Assembly: GCA_030704615.1 (NCBI GenBank)
Contig: CM060733.1
Span: 70,494,001 to 70,558,000, forward strand
Reading direction: 5' to 3'
Source of the DNA: Takakia lepidozioides
Taxonomy: Eukaryota; Plantae; Bryophyta
DNA length: 64,000 nucleotides
In this document: positions 62,957-64,000 of the stretch, piece after piece
Position numbering within the stretch: the stretch's first letter is position 1
Layout: the number at the start of each line of letters is the position of its first letter
The notes under the pieces: generated by a model
Database searches by the model: none
What the model was told of the DNA's origin: nothing
Seen by the model: only the letters and a program-made list of their open reading frames with translations
Made by a program: the position numbers and the translations under genes

Positions 62957-64000
62957 ATCAACTATGCAATGTGGTATGTGGACGACCATGATTTGAAATG
63001 TGTAATTCACATCAATTCGTCGGCGGTGCAATGATATGGCCTCCAACTATATGGAGTGAGCTCTGAGTGGCATCTTTTAAAAGCACATTTGTCATTGCAC
63101 CGTTCGAAGTCTACATGTCTTGCTGTCGCTATGCACTACAATCATCTTTTGAAGATGATCCTAACTCTCATTGTTATTTGAGGAGGGAGGAAGGTCTTCC
63201 CGTGGCAGCCTTTATGGCGCACACTTTGTGATGATATTTTCTCGTCCTCGTAATTGTAAAAGTGAAACAAGCATTTGTAATTGTACAATATTGGATGCTA
63301 CAATTGTAGGCCTCATGGTAGTCTTGATTCTATTTAGGCAAGATTCCCTGCATTAATTCCACGGTCATAGGACCATCCTCGGTTATAGGCGGCGCATGTT
63401 AATGCTGACGTGGCAGATGACGGACAGTGCCACGTCATCATTTGCCGCCACATCAGCATGCTGACATGATGCTCATGCCACGTCAGTGTGGGTGCAGGCT
63501 CACGCCACATCAGCTGGCGTGAGCGTACGCTCACGCCATGTCACTCCTGCGTGAGCGTACGCTCGCGCGCTCACGCGCAACGCTCACGCCATTGCGTCGT
63601 TGTTTTCATTCTTGTGTTTGGATCCCCTCCACACCTGCATGCTTGATTGTGCGCCATGCTAGTTTTGTGTGGGCGCTTGATTTTATAGGTGATTGACTCG
63701 GGTTTGATCGCCGATCCAACCCTAGAGCATGATGTCGATGGTGAGGCTGGGCTGATGACCAGTCAGACCATCTTTGTTTCTCCTGTGGTGAGGTTGGAGG
63801 TGATGACCAGCCAACCATAGGAGTGCCTGCGGTGGATGCAGGTGCAGGCTATGTTAGGAACCTAGTATTCCAGACCCTAAGCCGCATCAAGTTCTCTACC
63901 CCGACACCTTGTGGAGAGGGGGTTAGGGACATGTTCATGACCAGTTGAGTGTCAGTTTGTCAACACAGAGGTGCCACTAGTTGCTGGGGAAAGTGCCGGT

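Larger units (their letters stand above)
52300..63600. mobile_element. Mutator-like element, family B: transposase plus a divergent ParB-DNA methyltransferase-like cargo gene
   Basis: GCGTGAGC/GCTCACGC-rich terminal regions at 52380-52511 and 63480-63600. They become inverted repeats once the 51749-52822 inversion is undone. Two divergent genes inside; no TSD found. Confidence 0.7.

Noticed and set aside
63852-64000. Possible LTR start (TGTTAGG...) at the window edge
   Set aside because: Only a TG start; no matching end, PBS or PPT visible within the window.

Overview
Eukaryotic, repeat-dense nuclear DNA, most likely from a non-seed land plant (inferred from PLS-class PPR pseudogenes, MBD8-like and U-box/ARM genes and the TE content; no taxon can be assigned). 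Only two host genes look intact, both on the minus strand: an MBD8-like MBD/C2H2 gene (24636-27754) and a U-box/ARM E3 ligase (28935-31417). The rest is a decayed array of PPR genes fused to OSB-type PDF motifs (1-12 kb) plus nested, often internally inverted TEs: three Mutator-like (MULE) families, CACTA-like elements, a Ty3/gypsy element with a large extra ORF, a related LTR, an L1-like LINE and a tRNA-derived SINE. The standout is an ~11-kb Mutator-like element (~52.3-63.6 kb). Divergent from its transposase it carries an intron-containing gene with an N-terminal ParB/Srx-like domain and a C-terminal prokaryote-style beta-class (N4-C/N6-A) DNA methyltransferase-like domain, and one intron holds an array of palindromic hairpins. 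This copy is frameshifted. All domain calls are by-eye motif recognition, not database searches.
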